From contig NZ_CP074694.1 of assembly GCF_018398935.1 (NCBI RefSeq), forward strand, positions 5,400,001-5,432,000: a DNA stretch of 32,000 nucleotides, in the 5' to 3' direction. The DNA is from Telmatocola sphagniphila (GTDB lineage Bacteria > Planctomycetota > Planctomycetia > Gemmatales > Gemmataceae). The notes beneath the pieces were generated by a model. It saw only the letters and a program-made list of their open reading frames with translations, was not told the DNA's origin and did no database searches. Of the stretch, positions 1-10,800 are shown piece after piece. The position numbers and the translations under genes are program-made. Each line of letters opens with the position of its first letter. Positions within the stretch are counted from its first letter, which is position 1.

Positions 1-863
1 CCTGTTCCGCCTTTATGACTGGCTACTGCTAGCCGGTATGGCATCCCGCTGTTCGACACGTCATTCCCCATCGAGGTTATGGAAATTACTTTCTACCTCA
101 GCCTTAATTGCTTCGGCGGAAGGATTCTCCCAGCTATTTCAGTCTAAATCGGCTTCCGGCTCAAGAATCGTACGAATGTTCGTCACCAACTTGGTGCATT
201 GCAGATCTTCGATCGATTCTTCGGCGGTTTCGTCTTCATTCAAGCTGGCAAGTTCAGCTAGACTGTTGTCCAGGCACTCATCTTCCTGTGCTCGAACTTG
301 ATCCTGTCCATCGGGTTTCATCTAAGCGACTCCATTACTGACGAAAGATCTCAGGCTGACTATTTCGACAACAACTTTCGGAGCTCTCGACTACTAGTAA
401 TTTCAAACACCCTATCGGAGTCTTTGAAATTAAAAAATCGCTTCAGGGAAGGGAATTCTCAGTTCCCGATTATGCGGTCGACTGAAATTTCGGGTATCCG
501 GCGGAATGTTACCGTACGCCCGAATTTTGATTCGGTTACGTACTTAAACGCCCCCACATCTGGCGACTCTAACCCAGCATAGTGCGCTTTTTTTAGTGCG
601 CGCGTAATTTGTAGATTCCTTTCTGAATTGAATGCCCTCCCGGAAGTTGACAAGTCGTAAAGAGTTGAGGATTTTGGAGATAGGAACGGGCCGCTGGCTG
701 GAAATTTCCTTCCGAGTGTTCAAAAATAATTTGCTGCCAGCAAAAAAACCGAGCGATTGGGTACCCGAATTGCTGAATAGCCTCGCTCCCGTCGGCAGTT
801 GAGCGGCGTCCCGCCGACGGTTCCCCAGGCTTTCTCGTTAAACTGCGAACAGTCGATTTCGAA

Positions 864-1919
864 CTAGAGAGCGGCCAGAACGGCGTCGGCCACTTCCCGG
901 GTCTTCGATTTACCGCCCAAATCCGGCGGCATGGTCTTACCTTCCTTTAATACCTGGGCGACAGCCTGGCGAATTGCGGCCGCACAGCTCTCCTCCCGCA
1001 GGTGATCCAGCATCAAGGCGGAAGAGAGCACGGCCGCCAGCGGATTGGCGATCCCCTTTCCGGCAATATCGGGGGCCGAGCCGTGGACCGGTTCAAACAT
1101 ACTGGGGAATTTCTTTTCGGGATTGATATTGGCCGAGCTGGCCAGCCCGACCGAACCGGTGACCATCGCTGAAAGGTCGGTCAGAATGTCCCCGAACAGA
1201 TTGGAGGCCACCACCACGTCGAAGGTTTCGGGCTTGCGCACGAAATCCATCGCCGCCGCATCCACCAGTAGGTGGCGGAGTTTCACATCGGGGTAATCTT
1301 TGGCAACGGCGTTAGCCACATCGTCCCACAATCCGAGGCCGTAGGTGAGCGCGTTCGATTTGGTGATCGAGGTCAGGATCTTCTTGCGCTTGCGGGCAGC
1401 TTCGAAGGCGGCCCGCAGAATGCGATCGCAACCGCGGCGGGTGAACAGCGACACCTGCACGGCCGTATCCGCATCCATGCCTTCGTAGATCCGCCCGCCG
1501 ATGGGGGCATATTCCCCTTCGGTGTTCTCGCGGAAGACCAGAAAGTCGATCGATCCGGGGGCTTTATCTTTCAGAGGGCTCGGCACGCCCTCGTAGAGGT
1601 AGGCAGGTCGCAGATTCACATACTGATCGAATTTTCGTCGCATCGGCAGCAGGAGGCCGTGCACGGTGACTGTCTCCGGCACATCCGGCGAGCCGACGGC
1701 CCCGAAAAAAATCGCATCGTGCTGTTGCAGCAATTCCCAGCCGCCGGGCGGGACCATGTGCCCGGTCTTTTTGTAGTTCTCCGAAGACCAAGGCAGGCGC
1801 TGCCAATCGAACTGGGCGCCGTGCTTTTTCCCGGCCGCATCGACAATGCGAATCGATTCTTCGATGACTTCCGGCCCGATCCCATCGCCACCAATCACGG
1901 CAATTTTATGCATTTTCAT
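864..1919 (-). CDS. Beta-decarboxylating dehydrogenase of the isocitrate/3-isopropylmalate dehydrogenase family, closest to the tartrate dehydrogenase/decarboxylase (D-malate dehydrogenase) subgroup
   Basis: 352-aa ORF in the track. Family hallmarks are KIAVIGGDGIGPEV, FDAIFFGAVGSPDVP, FDQYVNLRP, LVFRENTEGEY and SMFEPVHGSAPDIAGKGIANP. By memory the overall sequence tracks tartrate dehydrogenase TtuC. ATG at 1919 lies a few nt downstream of GGAAAC. TTG at 1922 or ATG at 1913 are alternative starts. Confidence 0.85.
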   Translation of the reverse strand: MKMHKIAVIGGDGIGPEVIEESIRIVDAAGKKHGAQFDWQRLPWSSENYKKTGHMVPPGGWELLQQHDAIFFGAVGSPDVPETVTVHGLLLPMRRKFDQYVNLRPAYLYEGVPSPLKDKAPGSIDFLVFRENTEGEYAPIGGRIYEGMDADTAVQVSLFTRRGCDRILRAAFEAARKRKKILTSITKSNALTYGLGLWDDVANAVAKDYPDVKLRHLLVDAAAMDFVRKPETFDVVVASNLFGDILTDLSAMVTGSVGLASSANINPEKKFPSMFEPVHGSAPDIAGKGIANPLAAVLSSALMLDHLREESCAAAIRQAVAQVLKEGKTMPPDLGGKSKTREVADAVLAAL

Positions 1920-2167
1920 CAAGTTTCCTGTCTGAAGTCCTGACCTTTAATCTCTGAGCTCTCGCGCTCTGGCAGCAAGCCTACCCAGCTTTCCCAGTTC
2001 CATAATCCCCGATGGCTAAATGAAGAGAATTTCGGCAATCCGGGTCAAATTTGGCGTCGGGGATGCCGATAAGTACTCTGCGCGGATTATCCGTCTTTTA
2101 CGGAAAATCCTGCCATCGGGACGCAAGTCCGTCTGGTGAATGTAGCCGGTGTCGAAGAGGGGTCAAG

Positions 2168-2983
2168 ATGGTCGCTAATCTCAGACTTCGCAGCGTGTTG
2201 AGTATTGCGGGTTTCAGCCTGTTGACCGTCAGTGGCTGCGCCTTCCCGCACGGCAACAACGGCGGCGATCCTGCGCTGGGTAACTGGAACCGGCCCATCG
2301 CACCGACCCCGCCTCCCTGGACCGGCGGAATGGGCGGCGGCAGCCCCGCTTACGATGCGGGGGCGCGGGTAGGTGTTCCTTCTCCCGATGTCCCTTCTCC
2401 CACGACCTTACTGAACGCAAACAGCCCCGCTTCCCGGACTTCCTGGAACATGCCGAGCCCGATTACGCCGGCGAATACCGACTACGCCGTTGCCAACACG
2501 GATAAGCAAAAATCCTGGACGGATCGACTGTTCCATCCCACGCCGCACAAAACTCCGCCTTCCGAAGGGCCCAAACTTCAGGCCAGTGAACAACTGCAGC
2601 CGCTCCCGGCAATTCCGACGAGCGCCGCGAAAGACGGTTTCCCGGCCGGCAGCAGTATCGTATTGCGGCCGCAGGCCCCAATTAACGGTATTGTCGCGGG
2701 CTCGGCTTTGCCGCCGGAACTGCACAACAGCACGCTGCGACTGGTGGCTCCTCAGGGGGAATCGGCGAAAATCCAGAGCGTGGAAGAAGGCCAGATGATT
2801 CTCGTCGGCTACGGTTTGAAATGGCAGACTCTCCAGCAGGTCGAGAATGGCGACTGGCAGTACTCCTGCGTGGTGGCCGCCGATCTGAATGGTACGAACT
2901 ACCGGCGCTATGACGCTCGCCATCCCAGTGCGGTGGAAGCCGTTCGCGCCATAGTCGATCAAGCTCGTAAAGACCGACAGTAA
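2168..2983 (+). CDS. Hypothetical lipoprotein with a Pro-rich linker and an unknown C-terminal domain
   Basis: The internal ATG at 2168 of ORF 2051..2983 gives MVANLRLRSVLSIAGFSLLTVSGC, a signal peptide with a V-S-G-C lipobox. The upstream 39 codons look non-coding. Middle region is Pro/Ser/Thr-rich. No recognisable catalytic motif. Confidence 0.6.
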   Translation: MVANLRLRSVLSIAGFSLLTVSGCAFPHGNNGGDPALGNWNRPIAPTPPPWTGGMGGGSPAYDAGARVGVPSPDVPSPTTLLNANSPASRTSWNMPSPITPANTDYAVANTDKQKSWTDRLFHPTPHKTPPSEGPKLQASEQLQPLPAIPTSAAKDGFPAGSSIVLRPQAPINGIVAGSALPPELHNSTLRLVAPQGESAKIQSVEEGQMILVGYGLKWQTLQQVENGDWQYSCVVAADLNGTNYRRYDARHPSAVEAVRAIVDQARKDRQ

Positions 2984-2994
2984 TTGCCTCATCG

Positions 2995-3034
2995 AATGTC
3001 GAACGCGGGGAGAGGGGTTCCCGCGTTCGACATT
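2995..3034 (+). terminator. Strong hairpin downstream of the lipoprotein gene (putative intrinsic terminator)
   Basis: AATGTCGAACGCGGG (2995-3009) pairs perfectly with CCCGCGTTCGACATT (3020-3034), with a 10-nt loop. It starts 12 nt after the TAA stop at 2981-2983. Only a short T run follows (ATTTCC). Confidence 0.55.
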
Positions 3035-3157
3035 TCCTGACTGCAATTTTTGCCCAGTCCCTTTCCCGAAAGCCCGCTGAATTCCCGCTTCCGACCTGCG
3101 CAATTCTGGCGACTCCGCTACAAAAACAGAATTAAGTCTTGTGGAGAATGGGATCTC

Positions 3158-4747
3158 ATGCGTATTCGCATTCGGCGCGCTTTGTTGTCTGTCAGCGATA
3201 AGAGTGGATTGATCGATCTCGCGAAAGTTCTAGCCGGTTTCGGAGTGGAGTTGATATCGACCGGCGGTACTCGCAAAGCCCTGGCCGAAGCCGGCTTGGC
3301 GGTGAAGGATATTTCCGAGGTGACCGGATTTCCGGAAATGCTCGACGGCCGGGTGAAGACGCTGCATCCCATCGTCTATGCGGGTCTGCTCGCCCGCCGC
3401 GATCTCCCCGAGCATATGAAGACCATTGCGGATCATCAGATTCAACCCATCGATATGGTGGTGGTGAATCTTTATCCGTTCGCCAGCACTCTGGCCAAGC
3501 CGAACGCCACGACCGAAGAGTGCATCGAGAATATCGACATCGGCGGACCGACGATGCTGCGGGCGGCCTGCAAGAATTTCGAGTCGGTGGCCGTGATTCC
3601 CGATCCCGAGCTTTATCCCAAGATCATCGAGGAATTGAAAGCCAACGACGGAGCCTTGGAACTCGAAACCCGTCAGAGCCTGGCGGCGATCACTTTCGAA
3701 CGAACGGCCCGTTACGACGCCGCGATAGCCGATTATTTCCATCGGAATTTCCAGAAGCCGTCCGAAGAGCCGATCCCGGCCCTGATGGCCCCGTTCTACA
3801 AATTGAAATCGACTCTGCGGTACGGTGAAAATCCGCATCAGCCAGCGGCGGTCTATATCGCCCCCGGGATCAAGCATGCCTGCGTGGTGCAGGGGCAGCA
3901 ACTGCACGGCAAGGAACTTAGCTACAACAATGTGCTGGATGCCGATTCGGCGCTCAATCTCGTTCGCGAATTCAGTGAACCGGCTGCCGTGGTCATCAAA
4001 CACAATAACCCGTGCGGGGCGGCGATTGCCAGCCAGCTCACGGAAGCCTTTGCCAACGCGTACGATGGCGATCCTCAATCGGCCTTCGGCGGCATCATCG
4101 CCTTTAATCGCGTTGTCGATAAACAGACGGCCGAAATCATGGCCACCGGCCAGAGATTTCTCGAGTGCATCGTCGCTCCCGGTTTCGACGATGAAGCATT
4201 TCAGATTCTCACCACAAAACCGACCTGGAAGAAAAATGTCCGGCTATTGGCTGTCTGCGATCTGATGGCTCACCGACCCGATCCTAAAGTCGATTTCGAT
4301 TTCCGCCGGGTGGACGGCGGACTCCTCGTGCAAGCCCAGGATCGCGATGCGGACGATCTGGCCACTTGGGTCCCTCAGACGAAACGGCGCGGCAGTGATG
4401 CCGAGCTGAAAGAACTCTGGTTTGCCTGGCGCGTCTGCAAGCATGTGAAGAGCAACGCCATCGTGCTGGCGAAAAATGGCATGGTGATCGGTGTTGGGGC
4501 CGGGCAGATGAGCCGGGTCGATTCCGTTCAGATTAGCATTCGCAAAGCCGGCGATCGCGTCCGGGGAAGCGTGCTGGCCAGCGATGCCTTCTTCCCGTTT
4601 CGCGATAATGTGGATGCGGCCGCGGCGGCGGGGGTGCGGGCTATCGTTCAACCGGGCGGTTCGACGCGCGATCAGGAAAGTATTGATGCCTGTAACGAGC
4701 ACGACCTCGCCATGCTGTTCACCGGCATCCGACACTTCCGCCATTAA
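3158..4747 (+). CDS. purH: Bifunctional AICAR formyltransferase / IMP cyclohydrolase
   Basis: From the ATG at 3158: [62 protein letters not shown]-like (LRAACKNF), and C-terminal [10 protein letters not shown] and QPGGSxRD. This is the classic PurH order. The 36 codons upstream in the ORF track have no PurH similarity. Confidence 0.95.
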   Translation: MRIRIRRALLSVSDKSGLIDLAKVLAGFGVELISTGGTRKALAEAGLAVKDISEVTGFPEMLDGRVKTLHPIVYAGLLARRDLPEHMKTIADHQIQPIDMVVVNLYPFASTLAKPNATTEECIENIDIGGPTMLRAACKNFESVAVIPDPELYPKIIEELKANDGALELETRQSLAAITFERTARYDAAIADYFHRNFQKPSEEPIPALMAPFYKLKSTLRYGENPHQPAAVYIAPGIKHACVVQGQQLHGKELSYNNVLDADSALNLVREFSEPAAVVIKHNNPCGAAIASQLTEAFANAYDGDPQSAFGGIIAFNRVVDKQTAEIMATGQRFLECIVAPGFDDEAFQILTTKPTWKKNVRLLAVCDLMAHRPDPKVDFDFRRVDGGLLVQAQDRDADDLATWVPQTKRRGSDAELKELWFAWRVCKHVKSNAIVLAKNGMVIGVGAGQMSRVDSVQISIRKAGDRVRGSVLASDAFFPFRDNVDAAAAAGVRAIVQPGGSTRDQESIDACNEHDLAMLFTGIRHFRH

Positions 4748-4753
4748 AAAGAC

Positions 4754-4789
4754 AATGGCCCGGTTCGAGTTCCCTCGGACCGGGCCATT
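4754..4789. terminator. Hairpin between convergent genes (possible bidirectional terminator)
   Basis: AATGGCCCGGT (4754-4764) and ACCGGGCCATT (4779-4789) form a perfect 11-bp inverted repeat with a 14-nt loop. It lies between the purH stop (4747) and the stop of the minus-strand gene (4817). Confidence 0.5.
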
Positions 4790-4816
4790 CCTATTCCAGC
4801 CATCGAAGTGGGAAGC

Positions 4817-7399
4817 TTACTTCCCCCAGAGCTTCAGCGACATTTTCAGAATCGGGATTACAGGCGAGTAATCGTCGGTCCAGACCGAGACATTCCTCTT
4901 GTTCATATCCAGCGGTTCCCAGATATGCTCGCCATTGGGCCGCTGCGTATCCAGAATGACCGGACCCATATATTCCAGCTTGCGAGTTAACAGAATCCAA
5001 CTGCTGCCGGTTTTGCCCGGGGCATCTTCGCCGTCGTGCATGATTCGGCATTCCACCCCTAAAGCCTCGGCCAGTTTTTTCACCACCGGCTCCAGGTCGA
5101 GATAGCGATTGGAAATATGCACGGCCAATAAGCCATCTTCGCGCAGGTGATCGAAGTAGATTTCCAGGGCTTGCTTGGTGAGCAAGTGAACCGGAATCGA
5201 ATCGGAACTAAACGCATCGACGAACATCACCGCGAACTTTCTCTCGAGACGTTCCAGGGTCAGTCGCGCATCGCCCATCTGGAATTCGACATTCGCGCCT
5301 CGTTCCTTGGCTTTCAAAACGTAATTGAAATACTGGCCTGGTTCCACCAGTCGGCGGACGATCGGGTCGATTTCAAAGAACGTGATGTTCTGCCCGGGCT
5401 GGCTGTACGCCGAGAGCGAACCCGTACCCAGGCCGATGCAGGCCATGTCGGTATTGGTGTTTGGATCCGCTTTCTGGCGTTCGCGCAAAGCTTTCATGAT
5501 GAAGCCGACCGGGCCGGTACGGTGATAGTACGTCAGAGGTCGAAGTTCGCGCGGGTCGAGTTCGGGCAGCAGGCCCGCCATGTGAACAGCCGCTTCCCAG
5601 GGGGAAGCAATCAGGACCGTGGGGGCGGCCCAGCCGAGCCATAAGTTGTCGTCTCGGAACTGTTTGCCGTGCAAGGTGGTGCCGTGGACCAGGCGAATGT
5701 ATTCCGGTTCCCCGGTTGAAACTTCAACTTTCAAGGTGCCGAAGAAACTGCGCGTCAACACGGTCGGCGGCAGCCCCGATTCCTTCACCAGTCGGGCATC
5801 TTTGCGAGTTTCGAAGAGCGAAAAAGCTAACCAGACCCCCATCAGCGCCAGACCGAACCGGATAGGCCGTTCCACGAATAGATAGCAGGCCATGATCGGG
5901 AAGCCGTAGAAGAGGATCGAGCGGGCCATGCGCGAGTAATCTTTGACATTGCCATCGGCCGTTTCAAAGAGCCACTGCTTCACAAACCAGCTGCGGCGGA
6001 GCAGCGTGTTATCGTAGAAATATTCGAACGCCATGAGCGTCGCACCAAACAGGGCGATCGGAAAGACCAGATCCTGCAATTCGAGTTTATCCGGCTCGTC
6101 GGGCCGCACCAGTTTGGGTAACAGCAGGCAGGCAATGATCATCGTCAGCGGGTATTCGGAAACGTAGGTGAAGACCAGCGGAGCAAACAGGGCATTGAAC
6201 AGACCGCCCAGCACGCCGCCGACCGACATGGTCAGATAGAAATTGGTGAGGTAGCGGGTATTCTTGGGTCGCAGGCGAGCCAGTTCGCAGTGACAGCAGA
6301 GCGAAGTGATGAAGAATACGGCCAGGTGGATGGCGATGGTTCCCAGGAAGCTTTCCGGCTTCTGAGCAAACAGAATGAAGAACATCAGGAGGATCATCAC
6401 CGGCGCAAACAGCGTGATGAGCGTGTAGAACCAGGTGGGAAGTCGATTGAAGGCAATGATGAAGGTGATCAGATACAAAGCCAGTGGAATCACCCAGAGC
6501 AGCGGCAGAGAAGCGATGTCGGTCGTGATGAAGGTCGTCACGCCGCACATCAGGCTGGAGGGGACGAAGGAGAGGCCGAGCCAGCGCAGCCGGATCAGCC
6601 AGGTGGGACTCTGGCCGTCGCTGGCCTCCGAAGCGAGGCTGGAAACCTTGGGTTTGCTGGCGTATTTGGCTTTTTCTTCGAGGGTCACTTTGGCCGATTT
6701 TACCGCCCAGCCGCAGCAGAAGATCAGCCCCACCAGACAGACGTAACCGATTGCCCAGACATACGCTTGCTGTACGACGGTGAGATAAGGTTCGACGACA
6801 AACGGGTAGCCGACCAGAGCCAGGAGGCTGCCGAAATTGCTGGCCCCGTAAAGAAAGTAAGGATCGCGGGCGGAAGGATGACCGGTTTCGGTGAACCATT
6901 TCTGCAGCAGTGGGGCACTCGTGGAAAGTACTAGAAACGGCAGTGCCACCGCGGTCGAGAGCACCACAATCACATTGAAGAAGGGGATTTCATCTCCCTT
7001 GGGGGCAAGCGATTTGATGATCGGGATCGGGCTGTGTTTGTCGGAGATAATGGCCCCGAGCAGCATGGCGCCGATGGCGAGAACCAATACCGTATAGTGG
7101 AGCCCCACCTGACTCTTGAAAGGCCGGTCTTTCGTCAACTTGTGAGCGTAGAGATAACCCAGTAGCAGCAGGGCCTGAAAGAACACCATGCAAGTGTTCC
7201 AGACCGCCGGGGTACCGCCCAACAGCGGCAGCGTCATCTTGGCGACCATCGGTTGAACTAGGAAAAGGAGCGTGGCGCTCAGAAACATCGTCACAGCAAA
7301 GAGTAACGGCACAATACGACTCGCAAGTATGAGAAATTCTGAGAGAATCCGAACGGCGGTGCGAAACGGTATCCTATTCAAAACCTCGGACAGGGGCAC
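4817..7399 (-). CDS. Fused polytopic membrane domain / spermidine-synthase-like (class I SAM-dependent aminopropyl/methyltransferase fold) protein
   Basis: 860-aa ORF. About 520 aa of repeated hydrophobic helices (LLGGTPAVWNTCMVFFQALLLLGY and others). The C-terminal domain carries IGLGTGSLSAY, FFEIDP, DARL and VDAFSSDSIPVHLLT, the pattern of spermidine-synthase-like folds fused to MFS-like membrane domains. Confidence 0.8.
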   Translation of the reverse strand: MPLSEVLNRIPFRTAVRILSEFLILASRIVPLLFAVTMFLSATLLFLVQPMVAKMTLPLLGGTPAVWNTCMVFFQALLLLGYLYAHKLTKDRPFKSQVGLHYTVLVLAIGAMLLGAIISDKHSPIPIIKSLAPKGDEIPFFNVIVVLSTAVALPFLVLSTSAPLLQKWFTETGHPSARDPYFLYGASNFGSLLALVGYPFVVEPYLTVVQQAYVWAIGYVCLVGLIFCCGWAVKSAKVTLEEKAKYASKPKVSSLASEASDGQSPTWLIRLRWLGLSFVPSSLMCGVTTFITTDIASLPLLWVIPLALYLITFIIAFNRLPTWFYTLITLFAPVMILLMFFILFAQKPESFLGTIAIHLAVFFITSLCCHCELARLRPKNTRYLTNFYLTMSVGGVLGGLFNALFAPLVFTYVSEYPLTMIIACLLLPKLVRPDEPDKLELQDLVFPIALFGATLMAFEYFYDNTLLRRSWFVKQWLFETADGNVKDYSRMARSILFYGFPIMACYLFVERPIRFGLALMGVWLAFSLFETRKDARLVKESGLPPTVLTRSFFGTLKVEVSTGEPEYIRLVHGTTLHGKQFRDDNLWLGWAAPTVLIASPWEAAVHMAGLLPELDPRELRPLTYYHRTGPVGFIMKALRERQKADPNTNTDMACIGLGTGSLSAYSQPGQNITFFEIDPIVRRLVEPGQYFNYVLKAKERGANVEFQMGDARLTLERLERKFAVMFVDAFSSDSIPVHLLTKQALEIYFDHLREDGLLAVHISNRYLDLEPVVKKLAEALGVECRIMHDGEDAPGKTGSSWILLTRKLEYMGPVILDTQRPNGEHIWEPLDMNKRNVSVWTDDYSPVIPILKMSLKLWGK

Positions 7400-7875
7400 G
7401 AAGTTTCGAAGGGCTTTTTCGCGCGATTTTTGGACCTCTGGACTGGCCGGTTCTGAGGGAGTGCGATCCTCGTCGGGATTAAACCCAATCGAGGTCGAGC
7501 TACCGGGGAGAATTCTCTTTGGGTGAAAACCCCAGAAGTCCTACGGCCCATATTTTGAATCCGATCTTCGACTTGTCCTGAATAATCCGTTCGTTCGCAT
7601 CAATCCTTAAGGCAGGATTAATCGTCTCATTTTGACAGGGGAAATCGCCCATTTGTCTTGACTGATTAGAAAACATAGAGAGAATGGTGTGTCTGATGAC
7701 TAAAGGGATTTCCCGGATTAGGGGAAATGCTTGGTTTATTGCTTGGAGTGGCTTTAATTCAATTTCGCTGATCGCCTGAATTGTAATTGCCCGAAAGGGA
7801 TAAGCTGCTAGCTACGACGATCATATCCGGCAAGGCCAACACCGCCTGTCCGGAGCTTACAACTTGAGGCTCAAA

Positions 7876-10800
7876 ATGGCTCAGAATCGCTTGAAGAAAT
7901 TCGTTAAATCGTTCCTTCCTTTGAATTTGCTGGAGCCGGCATCGAAGAAGCATGTCTCGAAGAAGCGGTCTCGACTGAATTTGTTGTCCTTGGAAGATCG
8001 TCTGGTGCCCACCGGTAGCTGGTCCTTTGTGAAGAACCCGGTACCAGACGGAGATGCCGCTCAGACGGCCATTATCCTCTCCAACGGTTCTGTTTTAGTC
8101 AAAGGGGGTGGCGACAGTGCTACTACAGCGTATTACGAACTGACCCCCGATAATACGGGAAGTTACATCAATGGAACGTGGTCGGTAGTCGGATCGATGA
8201 ACGATCCCCGGCTTTTCGCTTCTTCAGTGGTATTGCAGAATTCTCAGGTTCTGACGGTCGGGGGAGAGTATCCGGACTTTCAGAATACTGCGGAAGTCTT
8301 TAATCCCGTCACCCAATCCTGGACATTGGTACCCAGCGTACCCACCCCGGATGGCGGTTTCGGCGATGATCCTTTATCGGTGCTTCCCAACGGCAACGTT
8401 CTGGCGGGCTACTACAATGGGCCTCAGACTTATATCTACAACCCGACCACCAATACCTGGACTAACGGACCTAATAAATTAGATAATGATCCCAGCGATG
8501 AAGAATCTTGGGTCAAATTGGCAAACGGTGATATTCTCTCGTACAGTATTTTCTCCAGTATCAATGACAATGTCGGCGAAGCTCAGTATTACGATCCCAC
8601 CAAAAATGAATGGTTCGAGACTGGCACTCTTCCTGCACTTTTGAGTACTCCCAACGAAGGATATGAACTCGGACCAGCTCTCTTGATGGATGATGGAAGA
8701 GCCATCTTCTTTGGGACGCACAGCAATACGGCCATTTATGATCCGACAACGAACACCTGGTCGGCCGGTCCCGATATTCCTAACGGGTATACGATGTCAG
8801 ACGCACCAGGCGCGATCATGCCCAATGGTAATATCCTGATAGCCACATCTCCCGTGGACACCGACGATTCCTTCCCTTCTCCCACGGTGATTTACGAACT
8901 GAATACTCAGACGATGACCTATACAGATGTAACGCCGTCTGGTTTTGGCTTGGACAGCTTGCCGAGCTTCACGGAAAACATGCTGGTGCTGCCCACCGGC
9001 CAAGTGATGATGGTGAATGATTCGGGAACCGTCGCCATCTACACGCCGGATGGCACCCCCGATCCGGCCGGAACCCCCACCATCACAGGCATCACCAAAA
9101 CCGGAGGCGTGCTGACTCTTACCGGCACCAAATTGACCGGATTGAATGAAGGGGCGGCCTACGGGGATGACGATGAAATGTCCTCAAACTATCCGCTGGT
9201 TCAACTGACGGATATGAACGGCAACGTTCACTACGGCTACACGTACAACTGGAGTAGTACGCAGGTTCAAACCGGCAACTTGCCCATTACGACGAATTTC
9301 TCGATTCCCAGCAATCTCACTGGTGCCTACCTGCTTTCCTCGGTGGTCCAAGGCCAGACTTCCAACAGCTTCCTGTACGTCCAACCCGGGGCCGGGGCAA
9401 ATAATCTGACCGTCGAGATCGATCCTTCCGACAGCACTAAGATCGAAATTCTTCAAGGCAACACCGAAGTTGGTCTGTTCGACCTGAATTCCTTCAGCCA
9501 GATTTACGTGAATGGGGCCACAGGCAATAATCTGAATACCACTGTTTCTATCTCGGAAGCGGTCGCCGCGCTGGGTGTGCCCATCAATATTTACGGCAGC
9601 ACCGGCACCAATAACCACTTGACCTTGAAACTTGAAGGTACTTCCAGCAGCGATTCCTTTGTCAGTGGCGCCAACAGCGCTTCGATTGACGGATATAGCA
9701 TCAACTTCACCGGTGTAACCTCCGTCGTATTCGACGGAAATGGCGGCAATGATTCCTTTGACATCACGCCGCTTTCGACAATCAGCTTCACCGCCAACGG
9801 CGGTGGAACCGGCAGCACGCTGCTTTATCATGGCGCCGCCACCCTGACGCTGACAGGTTACTCCAGCGGTACGATACTGACCAACGGCCTGTTGAGCGAC
9901 AGCTACACCGGTATCGGAACCTCCATCACGATCACTGGGAATATCAACCTGAACGTCACCGCCGGGGTCTCCTCGACCAACGGTGCAAATAATGGAGTTG
10001 CCGATAACTTCGTGATCACCGGGTCCAACTCGGGTACCTCGATTCTGATCAACGGTTCTGGCCTGCCGAGCATCATCGGTAATATCGTCGCTCTGGGCGT
10101 CATTGGTTCGAACGATAACGATACCGTCACCGTCGACAACAGTCAGGCGGCGGTGAATCTGCCCATCTCATTCAACGGTGGCGGCGGCAATAACACTCTG
10201 AATGTGATCGGCGCTGCAACTTCGGATAATTTCGTGGTGAATAATTCGCAAGTGAAGATCGATTCCACGACGATCAATTATGCCAACGTGCAGACGATGC
10301 AGCTGACGGGTAATGGCGGATCGGACAACTTCGATGTGACGCCGTTGGCCATTACCGCGATCAATATCACCGGTAGCGATTCCGGCACGAGCACGACCAA
10401 CACGCTGACTTATCGCGGCTCGGGAACCTATACCATCACCGGCAATGATTCCGCAACGATCAGTTCCCCCGGCTTGCAGAACGTGACTTTCACGGGCATT
10501 GGTGGCACCACGACCTTCGCGGGCTCTTACTCGCTCGGTATCTCCGCACTGGCTTCAGCCTCCAACGGACCGAACAATGGCGTCCCCGATTCCTTCTACG
10601 TCGTGAAGACTCTCACTGGTCTGCAAATTCTGATCAATGGCGTCAGTTCCCCCAATATCCTCGGAACTTTGAACGGGGTGATTGTCACCGGCTCCAACGA
10701 CAACGATACGCTGAGCGTGGACAACAGCGGCGGCTTGATCACCGCGCCGATTACCTTCAACGGCGGCGGCGGATCCAACACCCTCAATGTGATTGGCAAT

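Noticed and set aside
139-141. In-frame TGA in the small acidic minus-strand ORF as selenocysteine or programmed read-through.
   Set aside because: No SECIS-like hairpin is evident immediately downstream, and there is no redox motif around the codon. Pseudogene decay or chance is more economical.
789-820. Inverted repeat CCGTCGGC / GCCGACGG downstream (minus sense) of the dehydrogenase gene, as an intrinsic terminator.
   Set aside because: It has only an 8-bp stem with a 16-nt loop and no U-tract on the relevant strand. That is too weak to call as a feature.
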